Shown one piece after another: positions 7,594-17,297 of a DNA stretch of 64,000 nucleotides (within the stretch, counting starts at the first letter, position 1; each line of letters opens with the position of its first letter). The translations under genes and the position numbers were made by a program. The DNA is from Candidatus Woesearchaeota archaeon. Lineage in GTDB: Archaea; Nanobdellota; Nanobdellia; Woesearchaeales; 21-14-0-10-32-9. The notes under the pieces are model-generated. The model did no database searches. It was given only the letters and a program-made list of their open reading frames with translations, and had not been told where the DNA came from. The DNA lies in NCBI GenBank assembly GCA_047602735.1, contig JBLKOK010000004.1, forward strand, positions 13,480 through 77,479, written 5' to 3'.

Positions 7594-8625
7594 TTAAAAT
7601 CCAAAGCTAAATATGTTTTGAAGAACAACTTGGAAAATTAAATATAAGACTGTACTTGTTACTATAAAGAATGGAAGGTATTTTATTCCTCCTTTTATAT
7701 CTCCTTTTTGAATTATACTTATTATCATGCTTGCAAACAAGCTTATAACTGCTAGTGCTGCTACTGAAAACCATTCAAAATAATCAGGGTCAATATCTAT
7801 TTCATTAATTGTAAACATAACATCTGTTCCTGCTGTCGCGCTTCCAAGTATCTGGGTTACATTAATTAAAACGATTAATAAGTTATAGGATAATGCAAAT
7901 AATAGGGGACTTATAACTAAAACTATAGCTCCAATAAAAATTGTGAAAGTAAGTGTATTTGCTGCCATCTGATTTTTTATATTTCTGCTTTTTCTAAGAT
8001 TATCTATTATACTATCTAAAACAGTTGTTATTTTTCCTCCTGTTTCCAGCTCGCTTACTAATATGTTTATGTTTCTATTAACTAATGCGCTATCGTATTT
8101 TTCTGCAAACGAAAGAAGAGCTTCATTAAGATCTGTTCCAGTCATAACTTTTTTACTAACTGTACTCATCTCTTCAGATAATATTCCAAATTCTGGTTTT
8201 ATACTTGCCCATAAACTTTTTTCAAAACTAAGTCCTCCTTTAAGATTTGTACTAACAACAACTAAGTAGTCAATCATATTTGCTTCAATTTCTTTAATTC
8301 TATTGTATATCTTAAGATTAAGAGAAAAATATATTCCTCCCATAACAACAACTATTATAAGTCCTCCTACAACTATCCAAAATAAAAACGTAAATAAACT
8401 AACAATAAAAGGGGAGTATTCTGATAATAATCCATAAACATTAAACCCGAAATATATTGCTGCAGTAAAAATCATGGTAAGTAAAAACATCAAAGAAAAA
8501 AAGTTATATGGTCTTTTTTGTATTCCTGCAGATGTTAAATATAGTCTAAGTTGAGGTCTAAACTTTTGTGGAACAAGACTTTGTCCAAACTGTTCTATTA
8601 TATTTATTTTATCTCCGGAATCCAT
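7594..8625 (-). CDS. type IV pilus/Tad-like platform membrane protein (T2SSF domain, TadC/FlaJ-like)
   Basis: 343 aa, polytopic. The cytoplasmic T2SSF-like segment is LKGGLSFEKSLWASIKPEFGILSEEM...LNEALLSFAEKY...ELETGGKITTVLDSI. Confidence 0.7.
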   Translation of the reverse strand: MDSGDKINIIEQFGQSLVPQKFRPQLRLYLTSAGIQKRPYNFFSLMFLLTMIFTAAIYFGFNVYGLLSEYSPFIVSLFTFLFWIVVGGLIIVVVMGGIYFSLNLKIYNRIKEIEANMIDYLVVVSTNLKGGLSFEKSLWASIKPEFGILSEEMSTVSKKVMTGTDLNEALLSFAEKYDSALVNRNINILVSELETGGKITTVLDSIIDNLRKSRNIKNQMAANTLTFTIFIGAIVLVISPLLFALSYNLLIVLINVTQILGSATAGTDVMFTINEIDIDPDYFEWFSVAALAVISLFASMIISIIQKGDIKGGIKYLPFFIVTSTVLYLIFQVVLQNIFSFGF

Positions 8626-8627
8626 TT

Positions 8628-9440
8628 TTATATATTTATATCTGGCCTTATAGCCTTATATGTGATTAGGAATAATAGTTGTATTGTTATTAAAAAGAAT
8701 AATATTATTCCAAAAAATAATATGCCTACTTCTATATTCATAAGACTAACTACTACTATCATAATTGTAAGTCCTAAGCTAGGAAGTACTACTGCTAATA
8801 GCATGTAAAATAATGTTAAACTATTTAGTTTTTTACCATATCTTTCAATTTCTAATATTTGTTCATGCGCAACATCGTCTAGTGTAGATTCTAAGTACTC
8901 AGTCACATCTATACCTATTTTTATTGCGTTACTTATTTGAAATAATATTCTTCTAAGTTTATCACTTGGACTATAATCTGATGCGTCGCTCAATGCATGT
9001 TCTAATGATTTTCCTAGTTGTATGTCTTCTACTATTTCTTTAAAATAATCATTTGCAACTCCAGGACTATTACTTGCGTCTATTAAAGCATTAATTAAGG
9101 GTTGTCCTGAATTTAGTTTTACTAATAAAAATCTTCCGCTAAACAAAACATCTCGGTCTATTATTTTTCTCCGACTAATAATTTTACTCTGAATTCCTAA
9201 TAAGGAATAGTAAAAAAATCCTAGTGTTAGAATAAAAAATCCTAGTGGTATAAATGCATAAGAATAGCCTCTTGAATCTACTAAAAAGAAAACCATGACT
9301 GTCATAAGGCCTCCCATTAAAAGACCTGATTTTATAGCTTCTAGTACTGCTTGCTCAGGTGTTTTTTTTATTCTAGCCATCTTAAGTTGTTTCTTAAGAT
9401 AAGGGAATTTTGTTGCTATTAGTTTTACTAAATTATTCAT
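8628..9440 (-). CDS. type IV pilus/Tad-like platform membrane protein (T2SSF domain, TadB-like)
   Basis: 270 aa. T2SSF-like segment LNSGQPLINALIDASNSPGV...IQLGKSLEHALSDAS...ISNAIKIGIDVTEYLES, flanked by TM helices. Confidence 0.7.
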   Translation of the reverse strand: MNNLVKLIATKFPYLKKQLKMARIKKTPEQAVLEAIKSGLLMGGLMTVMVFFLVDSRGYSYAFIPLGFFILTLGFFYYSLLGIQSKIISRRKIIDRDVLFSGRFLLVKLNSGQPLINALIDASNSPGVANDYFKEIVEDIQLGKSLEHALSDASDYSPSDKLRRILFQISNAIKIGIDVTEYLESTLDDVAHEQILEIERYGKKLNSLTLFYMLLAVVLPSLGLTIMIVVVSLMNIEVGILFFGIILFFLITIQLLFLITYKAIRPDINI

Positions 9441-10915
9441 TTTTTAATCTTTAACCTTCCTGTGTAGTATTTAGTCATAATGTTTCCAACATCGTGAATA
9501 TCTGATACTTTATTTTTAACCATCCACTTAAGTATGCTAACTTTTTCTTTTAAATCTTGACTTATTTTTTCTTTAGTCATTCCGGTATAAAGAGAAATGT
9601 TTTTCATCAGACTTATACTATTATTAACTTGAACCATTGTATCGTCTAAAACATTATATTGCATAAGTATTCTTTCTTCTCCTTCAGGTGTAATCTCTGC
9701 TATTTGAAATGTTCTTCTTTTACCTGTTTTTCTATTTCTATTTTGAACAAGTATTAATGACAAACTACTAAGCATCTTTTTTGGAACATCTATTGGGGGG
9801 TTTGTAAGTCTTGTTACTGTCTCTTCTGCAGTGCTTGCGTGAATAGTTGCATATACGCTATGACCGGTATGCATAGATTCCATTAAAACTTGGGCTTCTT
9901 CTTTTCTTCTTATCTCTCCAACTATTATTCTATCAGGTCTCATCCTAAGGCTATTTACAAGCAAATCTATCATTTTAACTCCTCCTTTACCTTCTGGATT
10001 TGGAAGCCTTGTAGCTAAAGGAACCCAGTGAAGTTGGCTTGGAAGCTCAAGTTCTCTTGTATCTTCAATACTTATAACTCTTTGATTTGGTGGTAAAAAA
10101 TTGCTAACTACATTAAGCATACTTGTTTTACCGCTACCTGTTCCTCCTGCAATCATGATACTCATCTCGTTTTGAATAGCAAGCCAAATAAGAGCTGCGG
10201 CGCTATATGTAATTGTTCCTTCTTGAATAAACTTAGTAATGGTCCAAGGATCCTCTGCAAACTTTCTAATTGTTAAAGTATTACCTTTAGAGCTTATAGG
10301 TGTAAGTGTTGCATTTACTCTATCTCCTGTTAAAAGATGTGCATCCATTAACGGATTTAAATTTGTTATTTCTTTATTAACATCTCTACCTATCATAGTT
10401 GCATAGTGCCTTATTCTGCTCTCGGTCAAAATATTTATATTTGTTTTAAGCCATCCAAATTTTTTATGATAAACCCAAACTGGTTCTCTATGACTATTAA
10501 TTACAATTTCTTCTAAGTTCGCGTCTTTTAGTAAAATATCTATTTTACCAAGCCCTAAATTTTCTTCTAGTAAATAGTTAAGCAAAGTATTTTTTGTACT
10601 AGGGCTGCTATCTGGGAAATATTTATCGATTAACTTAGAAATTTCTTCTTTAAATCTCTCTCTTAGATTATTAAAGTCTTCTTCTTTGCTTTTTTGTAGT
10701 TGATCAAAATTAAGTTTACCTATAAATTCTTCTCTGATTTTTTCAAGAACAATCTTGGTATTCTCGGTTATATTACTAACATTTATTATGTAGCTAGGAA
10801 CTGACTCGTTCTCATCATTTAGTATATTTATGTCAACAGTTATACCGTTTGCTTCTAAAGTATATTTATCTAGTAAATTATTACTATGGTTTTGTTCCAT
10901 TTTTAACTTTCTCAC
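9437..10915 (-). CDS. type II/IV secretion family ATPase (FlaI/TadA/VirB11-like)
   Basis: 492 aa. Walker A is GGTGSGKTS. It also has RPDRIIVGEIRRKEEAQVLMESMHTGHSVYATIHA (Walker B plus His box). The start is probably the MEQNHS ATG at 10900. Confidence 0.9.
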   Translation of the reverse strand: MRKLKMEQNHSNNLLDKYTLEANGITVDINILNDENESVPSYIINVSNITENTKIVLEKIREEFIGKLNFDQLQKSKEEDFNNLRERFKEEISKLIDKYFPDSSPSTKNTLLNYLLEENLGLGKIDILLKDANLEEIVINSHREPVWVYHKKFGWLKTNINILTESRIRHYATMIGRDVNKEITNLNPLMDAHLLTGDRVNATLTPISSKGNTLTIRKFAEDPWTITKFIQEGTITYSAAALIWLAIQNEMSIMIAGGTGSGKTSMLNVVSNFLPPNQRVISIEDTRELELPSQLHWVPLATRLPNPEGKGGVKMIDLLVNSLRMRPDRIIVGEIRRKEEAQVLMESMHTGHSVYATIHASTAEETVTRLTNPPIDVPKKMLSSLSLILVQNRNRKTGKRRTFQIAEITPEGEERILMQYNVLDDTMVQVNNSISLMKNISLYTGMTKEKISQDLKEKVSILKWMVKNKVSDIHDVGNIMTKYYTGRLKIKK

Positions 10916-11834
10916 CCTTTAATTCATTCATATTTTTTGCCATTTCAATTCTTTGATTAACAATATTTATTTTTGTTTCAAGCACTCTTTTTAGTCTACT
11001 ATAACTATCAGGTATTTTACTAACTTTATGTTTTAAGTCGATGACTTTCTGTCTTGCAGAAGTAAAATTTCCTTTTCTAACATCTTCTTTAATATTCTCA
11101 ATTATTGTATTTATATAATTTACTTTCAAATAGTTTTTTTTATCTGTCGGGGTTGTAACATCAAAACCATAGTTATCTGGCTTGTTTTTTTTATTTTTTA
11201 ATTCATCTCTTAATTTTTTAAGTTGTATATAATGAGCAAGCAAGTCATTGTAGTAATCTTGTTTGTCTGATTCAAATCTTCCAGGATATTGGTCAAAATA
11301 TAATCTCATTTTTCTATAGCTAGTGTATGCTTGTTTCAAATCCTTTTTTTTTATATACAAAAATATGTTTTTACTCTCTTCTTCAAACTTACCATCTAGT
11401 TCTGATTTTAATTTATAGTCTTTATCAGTTCTAAGTTTTTCTTTTTTTTCTCTCTCTTTTTCTTGTTCATCAAAAACAGTTATCTTAATATCTTTTTCAT
11501 TAAGTTGATCGTTTTCTTTCATTTTCTTAATTATTTTTCCAAGAGAATTATTCCAAGTTGTTTTATCTAAGTAATAAGAAGTTATTTTAACCATGTCTTG
11601 TATTTTATTCAAAGTAAGTTCTTTATAAATATCTGAGCTTGTAAGTTGATTATATTCTTTAACTAGTTGCTTTAAAATTTCTATTGCGTTTGTTATGTCG
11701 TGTCTTTTAAGGGCGTCTTTATAATCTTTTGTTCTATCTGTATAATTGCTGTTTGTGCTCTTTGCTTTTTCATCTAAAAATTGTATTATATCTTTTTCGA
11801 AATGTTTTTCTAATGCAATATTTTTAGAATTCAT
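10884..11834 (-). CDS. hypothetical Lys/Asp/Glu-rich coiled-coil protein in pilus locus
   Basis: 316 aa with no recognisable domain. Same strand as both neighbours and overlapping them. Confidence 0.45.
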   Translation of the reverse strand: MNSKNIALEKHFEKDIIQFLDEKAKSTNSNYTDRTKDYKDALKRHDITNAIEILKQLVKEYNQLTSSDIYKELTLNKIQDMVKITSYYLDKTTWNNSLGKIIKKMKENDQLNEKDIKITVFDEQEKEREKKEKLRTDKDYKLKSELDGKFEEESKNIFLYIKKKDLKQAYTSYRKMRLYFDQYPGRFESDKQDYYNDLLAHYIQLKKLRDELKNKKNKPDNYGFDVTTPTDKKNYLKVNYINTIIENIKEDVRKGNFTSARQKVIDLKHKVSKIPDSYSRLKRVLETKINIVNQRIEMAKNMNELKGEKVKNGTKP

Positions 11835-12253
11835 AGGTTAGTCACCTTATTTTTGTATTCTTGCCATAGCTTTTCAGGGTTTTGCAATCTTCTTTTTTTT
11901 GCTTCTCTAATAAAAAAAGTTTTATGATTTTCTATTACTTGTAAAATGTAGTTTTTCCAATTATACTCTTTCATACTCTCATTTAAAGAATTATCTTGTC
12001 CTTGGAATTCTTTTCTAAAATAATTTATATCTTTATTTTTATCAGCTGTTATTAGATACAGATAAGGTGTTGTAAGTCTATATTCTATTCCTATAACTTT
12101 TTCTTCAATTAAGAATTCTGCCCAGCTTTCTATAATTTTTGGAGTTGTATTTAAAGCTTTAGCTAAATCATTTATATTTGTTGGTTCGTGGAATTTAAGA
12201 TAACTAACAAGTTGATCTACTCCTGTTTCTATAGTAATTCTTGTATCTCCCAC
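11831..12253 (-). CDS. hypothetical protein, possible winged-helix domain, pilus locus
   Basis: 140 aa with a GTG start. The segment NINDLAKALNTTPKIIESWAEFLIEEKVIGIEY looks like an HTH. Overlaps the downstream gene by 4 nt. Confidence 0.4.
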   Translation of the reverse strand: MGDTRITIETGVDQLVSYLKFHEPTNINDLAKALNTTPKIIESWAEFLIEEKVIGIEYRLTTPYLYLITADKNKDINYFRKEFQGQDNSLNESMKEYNWKNYILQVIENHKTFFIREAKKRRLQNPEKLWQEYKNKVTNL

Positions 12254-12324
12254 TTAAACTTAGCACCTCTTTTAATTATATAATTTTATTTCTTGTATTT
12301 AAAATCTTTGTTTAATATTCTCTA

Positions 12325-13344
12325 TTAAGGACAACTAATAGTGCTAATATATGTGGTGTTACTCATATTAGTAAAATTCGCTATTATTTCAGGTAATATT
12401 GCTCCATCAAGCCCTTCTCCTTCAAATATTCCTGCCAATCCATCTTGAATAAAATCTGAGTTTGAGAAATTATATTTAACTAAAGGTATACTTGAATTAC
12501 AGGTTTGGCTCCAAAAATAAGTATCTATGTGTATTACTCCGTCATATATACCTGTTTTATTTGGTTCTACTATAGATATTATTCCTCTTGGTCCAGGGGT
12601 ATAATTTCCTCTAAGTCTGTTTAAAAAACTAACTCCTGCAGGATGTGCAAAATAAGTTCCATTTACAACTAAAGTGTTAAGATCACTGGGAATTTCTCTC
12701 CATTGTCCTTGTGCTCTACCTCCTCTAGTTATGTTATTAGAAAACTGGAAGTCTTCAACATCGTCATGTATGTTTATTTCATAAACTAAATCGGGCATAC
12801 CTTCAATTGGTATTCTACCAACACTTGTTCTTGAAATATTCCAGTTTGCAAACCCATCACTAACAATAAAATCGTATTCTAAAACTAAGTCTATGTGCCA
12901 AGCAGTTGTTTGTCTCAAAAATAAGTTTCTTTGATGTATCTCAATATCTATATTAAAATATTTATCAAGTAACTCTTTCCAAACATTCAATCTTTCTGTT
13001 AAATAACTATCATCACTACAACTAACAACAGTTCCTAAATGATTAAATTCTTTATCAATCAAACAGCTAATTAATTCAGTATCATAATCCTCTATAAAGC
13101 TCTCAGAGCTTATACTTGCAGAAATAGTCTCTATTATTGCATTAGTGCCAGTAACAGTTAAGATATTAGAAATATAATTATCTGATTGAGATATGAATTG
13201 ATTAGTATTTCTTATTTTTGTTTCTTCAACGCTTAGCAGTTCATTTATGGGTGTTCTATTAGCAAATAAGAAAAGGGTTAGAAGTATAATAGAAAACACT
13301 ATTACTATGCTTGTAAATACAAAACCTTTTTTATTTAATACCAT
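12325..13344 (-). CDS. type IV pilin-like protein (class III signal peptide), large globular domain
   Basis: N-terminus MVLNKKG/FVFTSIVIVFSIILLTLFLF fits the archaeal prepilin motif: basic residues, Gly, then a hydrophobic helix. Many N-x-S/T sequons. Confidence 0.6.
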   Translation of the reverse strand: MVLNKKGFVFTSIVIVFSIILLTLFLFANRTPINELLSVEETKIRNTNQFISQSDNYISNILTVTGTNAIIETISASISSESFIEDYDTELISCLIDKEFNHLGTVVSCSDDSYLTERLNVWKELLDKYFNIDIEIHQRNLFLRQTTAWHIDLVLEYDFIVSDGFANWNISRTSVGRIPIEGMPDLVYEINIHDDVEDFQFSNNITRGGRAQGQWREIPSDLNTLVVNGTYFAHPAGVSFLNRLRGNYTPGPRGIISIVEPNKTGIYDGVIHIDTYFWSQTCNSSIPLVKYNFSNSDFIQDGLAGIFEGEGLDGAILPEIIANFTNMSNTTYISTISCP

Positions 13345-13820
13345 ATAGTTATCCTCGTTATATTTGGTCCGAATACTTCGTCGTTATATCTATAATAGGT
13401 AAGTAAATTCATACTTATATTAATCCTGGGATTTATAACGTTTTGATTATCTAAAAAAATTGTGTCATTATTTAATGTATAACTAATACCTCTTCCTTCA
13501 GGAATTATTTGTCTAACAATATTTCTTATAAAATCGTTTGCTTTAGTCTCATTTCCTTGGTTTATATATAAGTTGTGTATTTGTTCATGTACTTTAAGAC
13601 TTCCAACACCCTCGTTTTGTGCATCGTATTCATAAATTAGTCCTACTGCGTCCATATCTGTAAACATTAAATAATCATATAAGTTTTGCAAGTTTGCCTG
13701 TGTATCGTCAAGTCTTGGTCCGTCTACACTAAGGTTTAATGCGAGCACTATTGTTAAAGAAAGTATGATTCCTGCAATTAGTGTATCTAGTGTAAAAAAT
13801 AATGCTCCTCTTTTATTCAT
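13335..13820 (-). CDS. type IV pilin-like protein (class III signal peptide)
   Basis: N-terminus MNKRG/ALFFTLDTLIAGIILSLTIVLAL is a typical archaeal prepilin signal. 161 aa. Confidence 0.65.
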   Translation of the reverse strand: MNKRGALFFTLDTLIAGIILSLTIVLALNLSVDGPRLDDTQANLQNLYDYLMFTDMDAVGLIYEYDAQNEGVGSLKVHEQIHNLYINQGNETKANDFIRNIVRQIIPEGRGISYTLNNDTIFLDNQNVINPRINISMNLLTYYRYNDEVFGPNITRITIWY

Positions 13821-13873
13821 AATAAAATTATATGTTAATTCATATTAAAAAGATTTCTCTTTATATTACTGTT

Positions 13874-14989
13874 TTAGTTTCTATAAATTGCTATCTTAAC
13901 AGTTATTTGTTCATTATTAAGAGTTCTTACAAAATCTCTTGTTAAAAGATCAGACACGTCTCCGCTTATTTCCAGTATAGGTCTAGATATTATCTGTGTG
14001 TCTTGATTACAACACTGAGCAACTTCTACATGTGTATCATTTATTCTTCCAAGTGTAACTGTGCTTCCTGCAGGTCTTCCATTACATGTATCTGCAATAC
14101 TTATATTTTGATCTAGTACTTCGCTATAAGGCATGTTAAAAGAACAATTATTTTGGCCTTCACAAAACGATCTACATATTGGGACTCCATCAACATTATC
14201 AATTGTACATTGGTTTTCGTTACATGACGCTTCTCTTAAAGGACAATCTATTATCATTGTTCCTCTGTGTATAAATAAAGATTCGATGTCAAACGGTTCA
14301 TAGTTTTCTTTTACACATTCAACATTAAAGTTCCCTCTAATTCCGTCTGTTTCTAATTTTCCATCCTCGTTAACCACGATTTCTATTGGAGATACTGTGC
14401 TTTGAGGATTTTCTGGTGTAAATCTAAGGCTTGCTCTAGGTATTGGTTCTCCTGTTGTACTATCAAACGTGTTTATTCTAAGTGTGTTGGTACAATCTGG
14501 ATCTGGGCAGTTATAGCATCCGGCGGTTCTTGGAACATTAGTACAAACTGCTCTAAGCGCTTCTTCTTCATTTGAAATATCTTGACTACAAGTAATGCTA
14601 CTAGCATTCCAGCTTTCGCCATCATATCTCTCTATTGACTGGCAGGTTCCTCCAAGAATCGGACAAGCTTCATCGCCTGTATTATAAATGATAGAATATT
14701 CATCAAAATCATTAGGTCTTATCGTGTTATCTCCTTTAAGTTGTATTCTTAATCTTTCAGGAACAGTTTCCATTTCATCAGAAGCAAAGTCCTCGGGACA
14801 AACTCCGTCTGATACTCCGCAAATAAAACAATTTTCGCATAGTTGAACAGCTCCTGTTCCTGGTTCTGTTATACTAAAAGATCCACATGCTTCGTCTGAG
14901 TCTGGATCGCACGCTTGAGCTTGAATTAAAGGTATAAATAAACCTATTCCTATTAAAAATGCAGCTATAAATAAAAGATTTCTCACCAT
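13874..14989 (-). CDS. secreted cysteine-rich protein (23 Cys), possible pilus-associated adhesin
   Basis: Sec-type signal MVRNLLFIAAFLIGIGLFIPLIQAQA. I count 23 cysteines in 371 aa. The central LRINTFDSTTGEPIPRASLRF resembles a CarboxypepD_reg/Ig-like strand pattern. Confidence 0.55.
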   Translation of the reverse strand: MVRNLLFIAAFLIGIGLFIPLIQAQACDPDSDEACGSFSITEPGTGAVQLCENCFICGVSDGVCPEDFASDEMETVPERLRIQLKGDNTIRPNDFDEYSIIYNTGDEACPILGGTCQSIERYDGESWNASSITCSQDISNEEEALRAVCTNVPRTAGCYNCPDPDCTNTLRINTFDSTTGEPIPRASLRFTPENPQSTVSPIEIVVNEDGKLETDGIRGNFNVECVKENYEPFDIESLFIHRGTMIIDCPLREASCNENQCTIDNVDGVPICRSFCEGQNNCSFNMPYSEVLDQNISIADTCNGRPAGSTVTLGRINDTHVEVAQCCNQDTQIISRPILEISGDVSDLLTRDFVRTLNNEQITVKIAIYRN

Positions 14990-15034
14990 TGTTACATCTC
15001 AATTAAATTTTTATGTATTTAAATATTTTCTTGT

Positions 15035-16090
15035 TCATATTATTAGTCTTTTTCCATCCAGTTTTATAACAGGATTCTTTATTACTTGGTCTAAGTGTAT
15101 TATGCTTTTTATATCTCCGCCAAACCAATAATTACTTCCTATTGCAAAATGTGCTGTTCCAAGAACTTTCTCATCTATAATTGTACTTCCAATTATTTTA
15201 GCTCTCTCATTTAACCCAATACCTAGCTCTCCTATCCTTATACATCTATCAGGATATTTAGCTTTTGCTTGAGCCCATTTTAAAGTATTGTTTAACATTG
15301 TTGCTTCCATAGTATCATTAATATTTGTTATTGAGCCATTCTTTATTTCTAATTCTATAGGATTTTTAACTTTAACAGTAGTAGTTTTAACATTAGAACT
15401 ACCGTCAATAACGATTGTGCCTTCAACTTTTTTACCATTTGGAGCAGTATACGCTTCGGCTCCCGGAATATTTCCTCCTTTACCATTCTCATGATATACT
15501 CCTGTACTATCTCTTGCTTCTATTCCTTCAATATTATAAAGAATATCTGTTCCTAGCTTAGTTTTAACATGAACTTCGCTTGTATTATCTAATTTTTCTT
15601 TCAGTCTCAGAGTTTTCTTTTGTAATTTTTTATAATCTACATCTAAGCAGTTAACAACTAATCTAAGATTATCATTAGTTATAGTTCCAAGACTGCTCGC
15701 GCTTCCAAATCTATGATTTCTCTTGGCAGCAAACTTCCTATAACTCTTACCTATTTCGCCAAGTCCACCTATACCTTGACTGGTATTAATCAACAAAACA
15801 TTTCCTTTATCTAATTTAACCATGCTATTAACTATTTTCTTATCAGCATCTTGTCCTACTTCCTTTCTATCTTGCAAAAGCATCTTATGTTTTATTCCAA
15901 GCTCTTTTGCAGCAAGACTATATCCATAAGTTAAAAGACCTGAAACATTCTTATCTTCTTCTCCCTTATCTCCAATTATAAGTAATTCTTCATTCGTTAA
16001 ATTAAGATTATAGCTTAATACTTTTTTAAAAATACCAATTTTAGAACTAAGATATTCTTCATACTCTTTTTTTACATCCTCAAAATTCAT
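15035..16090 (-). CDS. aminopeptidase, M29 (AmpS/PepS) family
   Basis: 351 aa. GNIPGAEAYTAPNGKKVEGTIVIDGS and LGTAHFAIGSNY...IHLD match M29 signature regions. Confidence 0.7.
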   Translation of the reverse strand: MNFEDVKKEYEEYLSSKIGIFKKVLSYNLNLTNEELLIIGDKGEEDKNVSGLLTYGYSLAAKELGIKHKMLLQDRKEVGQDADKKIVNSMVKLDKGNVLLINTSQGIGGLGEIGKSYRKFAAKRNHRFGSASSLGTITNDNLRLVVNCLDVDYKKLQKKTLRLKEKLDNTSEVHVKTKLGTDILYNIEGIEARDSTGVYHENGKGGNIPGAEAYTAPNGKKVEGTIVIDGSSNVKTTTVKVKNPIELEIKNGSITNINDTMEATMLNNTLKWAQAKAKYPDRCIRIGELGIGLNERAKIIGSTIIDEKVLGTAHFAIGSNYWFGGDIKSIIHLDQVIKNPVIKLDGKRLII

Positions 16091-16177
16091 TCTAACATTA
16101 TTTTAGTCATTACTTTTTAAGTTTTTGGTTATTCACAAAAAGATTTTTAACTACTCATTTATTTTATCTTTAAGATT

Positions 16178-17266
16178 ATGGGAACTGCAGATCGTATAAA
16201 GGAGCTTGAAGACTTAATTGCAAACTCGCAATATAATAAAAGAACTCAAAAAGCAATAGGACTATATAAGGCTCAATTAGCAAAGCTTAAAGAAAAAGCA
16301 GAAGGATCTTCAAAAAGTGGTGGGGGAGAAGGATATAGTGTTAGGAAAACAGGGGATGGAACAGTAGCTCTACTAGGATTTCCAAGTGTTGGAAAAAGCA
16401 CTCTTCTGAACAATTTAACTGGGGCAGAATCTGAAGTTGCACCTTATGCATTCACAACTCTTACAGTAATACCAGGGGTATTAGATTACAAGTTTGCTAA
16501 AATACAAATATTAGATGTGCCTGGAATAGTTCATGGTGCTGCGTCTGGGAAAGGAAGAGGAAGCGAAGTGTTAGGAGTTTTGAGAACTGCAGATTTAATA
16601 TTGATAGTTATAGATGTTCAAAAACCAGAGCATCATCAAGCTTTACTAAAAGAAATATATGACTCGGGTATAAGAATAAACAAACAAGCTCCTGATGTAA
16701 AAATAACTAAGACTTCAAAAGATGGTATAAAAATTGGAAGAACAGTTAAAACGCCGAATTTAGACGATGACACAATTGAGACTATCTTAAGAACATTCAG
16801 AATAAATAATGCGGATGTTTTAATTAGAACAGAAATAGACGTTGATGACTTTATTGATTGTATTGAAGCAAACAGAGTATACATTCCTTCTGTTACTGTA
16901 TTAAACAAGGTTGATCTTGTTTCTGAAGAAACTGCAAAAAAAGTAGCTAAGCAAATTGGTGCTGATATACTTATAAGTGCTGATAAATCTAAAAATCTTG
17001 AAAATTTAAAAGAGTTAATATTTGAAAACTTAAATCTCATAAGGCTCTATATGAAAGAACCTGGAAAAGAACCTGACCTAAAGGAGCCTCTTATTATAAG
17101 AAAAGATTCTACTATAAAAGATGTATGTAACAAGCTTCACAGAGATTTTGTTAAGAAATTTAAGAATGCTCGTATATGGGGTAAAAGTGCTAAGTTTCCA
17201 GGTCAAAGACAAAGCTTAAAACACGTCTTAAAAGATGAAGACATAGTTGAGCTTCACATGCGATAA
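16178..17266 (+). CDS. developmentally regulated GTP-binding protein (DRG/Rbg, OBG-HflX superfamily) with TGS domain
   Basis: 362 aa. G1 is GFPSVGKSTLLN, G3 is DVPG, G4 is NKVD. The C-terminal TGS-like region ends DIVELH. Confidence 0.9.
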   Translation: MGTADRIKELEDLIANSQYNKRTQKAIGLYKAQLAKLKEKAEGSSKSGGGEGYSVRKTGDGTVALLGFPSVGKSTLLNNLTGAESEVAPYAFTTLTVIPGVLDYKFAKIQILDVPGIVHGAASGKGRGSEVLGVLRTADLILIVIDVQKPEHHQALLKEIYDSGIRINKQAPDVKITKTSKDGIKIGRTVKTPNLDDDTIETILRTFRINNADVLIRTEIDVDDFIDCIEANRVYIPSVTVLNKVDLVSEETAKKVAKQIGADILISADKSKNLENLKELIFENLNLIRLYMKEPGKEPDLKEPLIIRKDSTIKDVCNKLHRDFVKKFKNARIWGKSAKFPGQRQSLKHVLKDEDIVELHMR

Positions 17267-17297
17267 ATTTAAAAAAAGAACAAATAATTATATTTCT

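Noticed and set aside
7594-12253. Interpretation of the ATPase/membrane-protein cluster as an archaellum (fla) operon
   Set aside because: There are no archaellin (FlaB), FlaH/KaiC-like, FlaG/F or FlaC/D/E genes. The platform is split TadB/TadC-style, and the neighbouring secreted proteins are pilin-like, so a pilus is the better reading.
16636-17040. 134-aa minus-strand ORF
   Set aside because: It lies wholly antisense within the well-supported DRG GTPase gene. Its Ser/Phe/Ile-rich low-complexity translation is typical of the reverse frame of AT-rich coding DNA.
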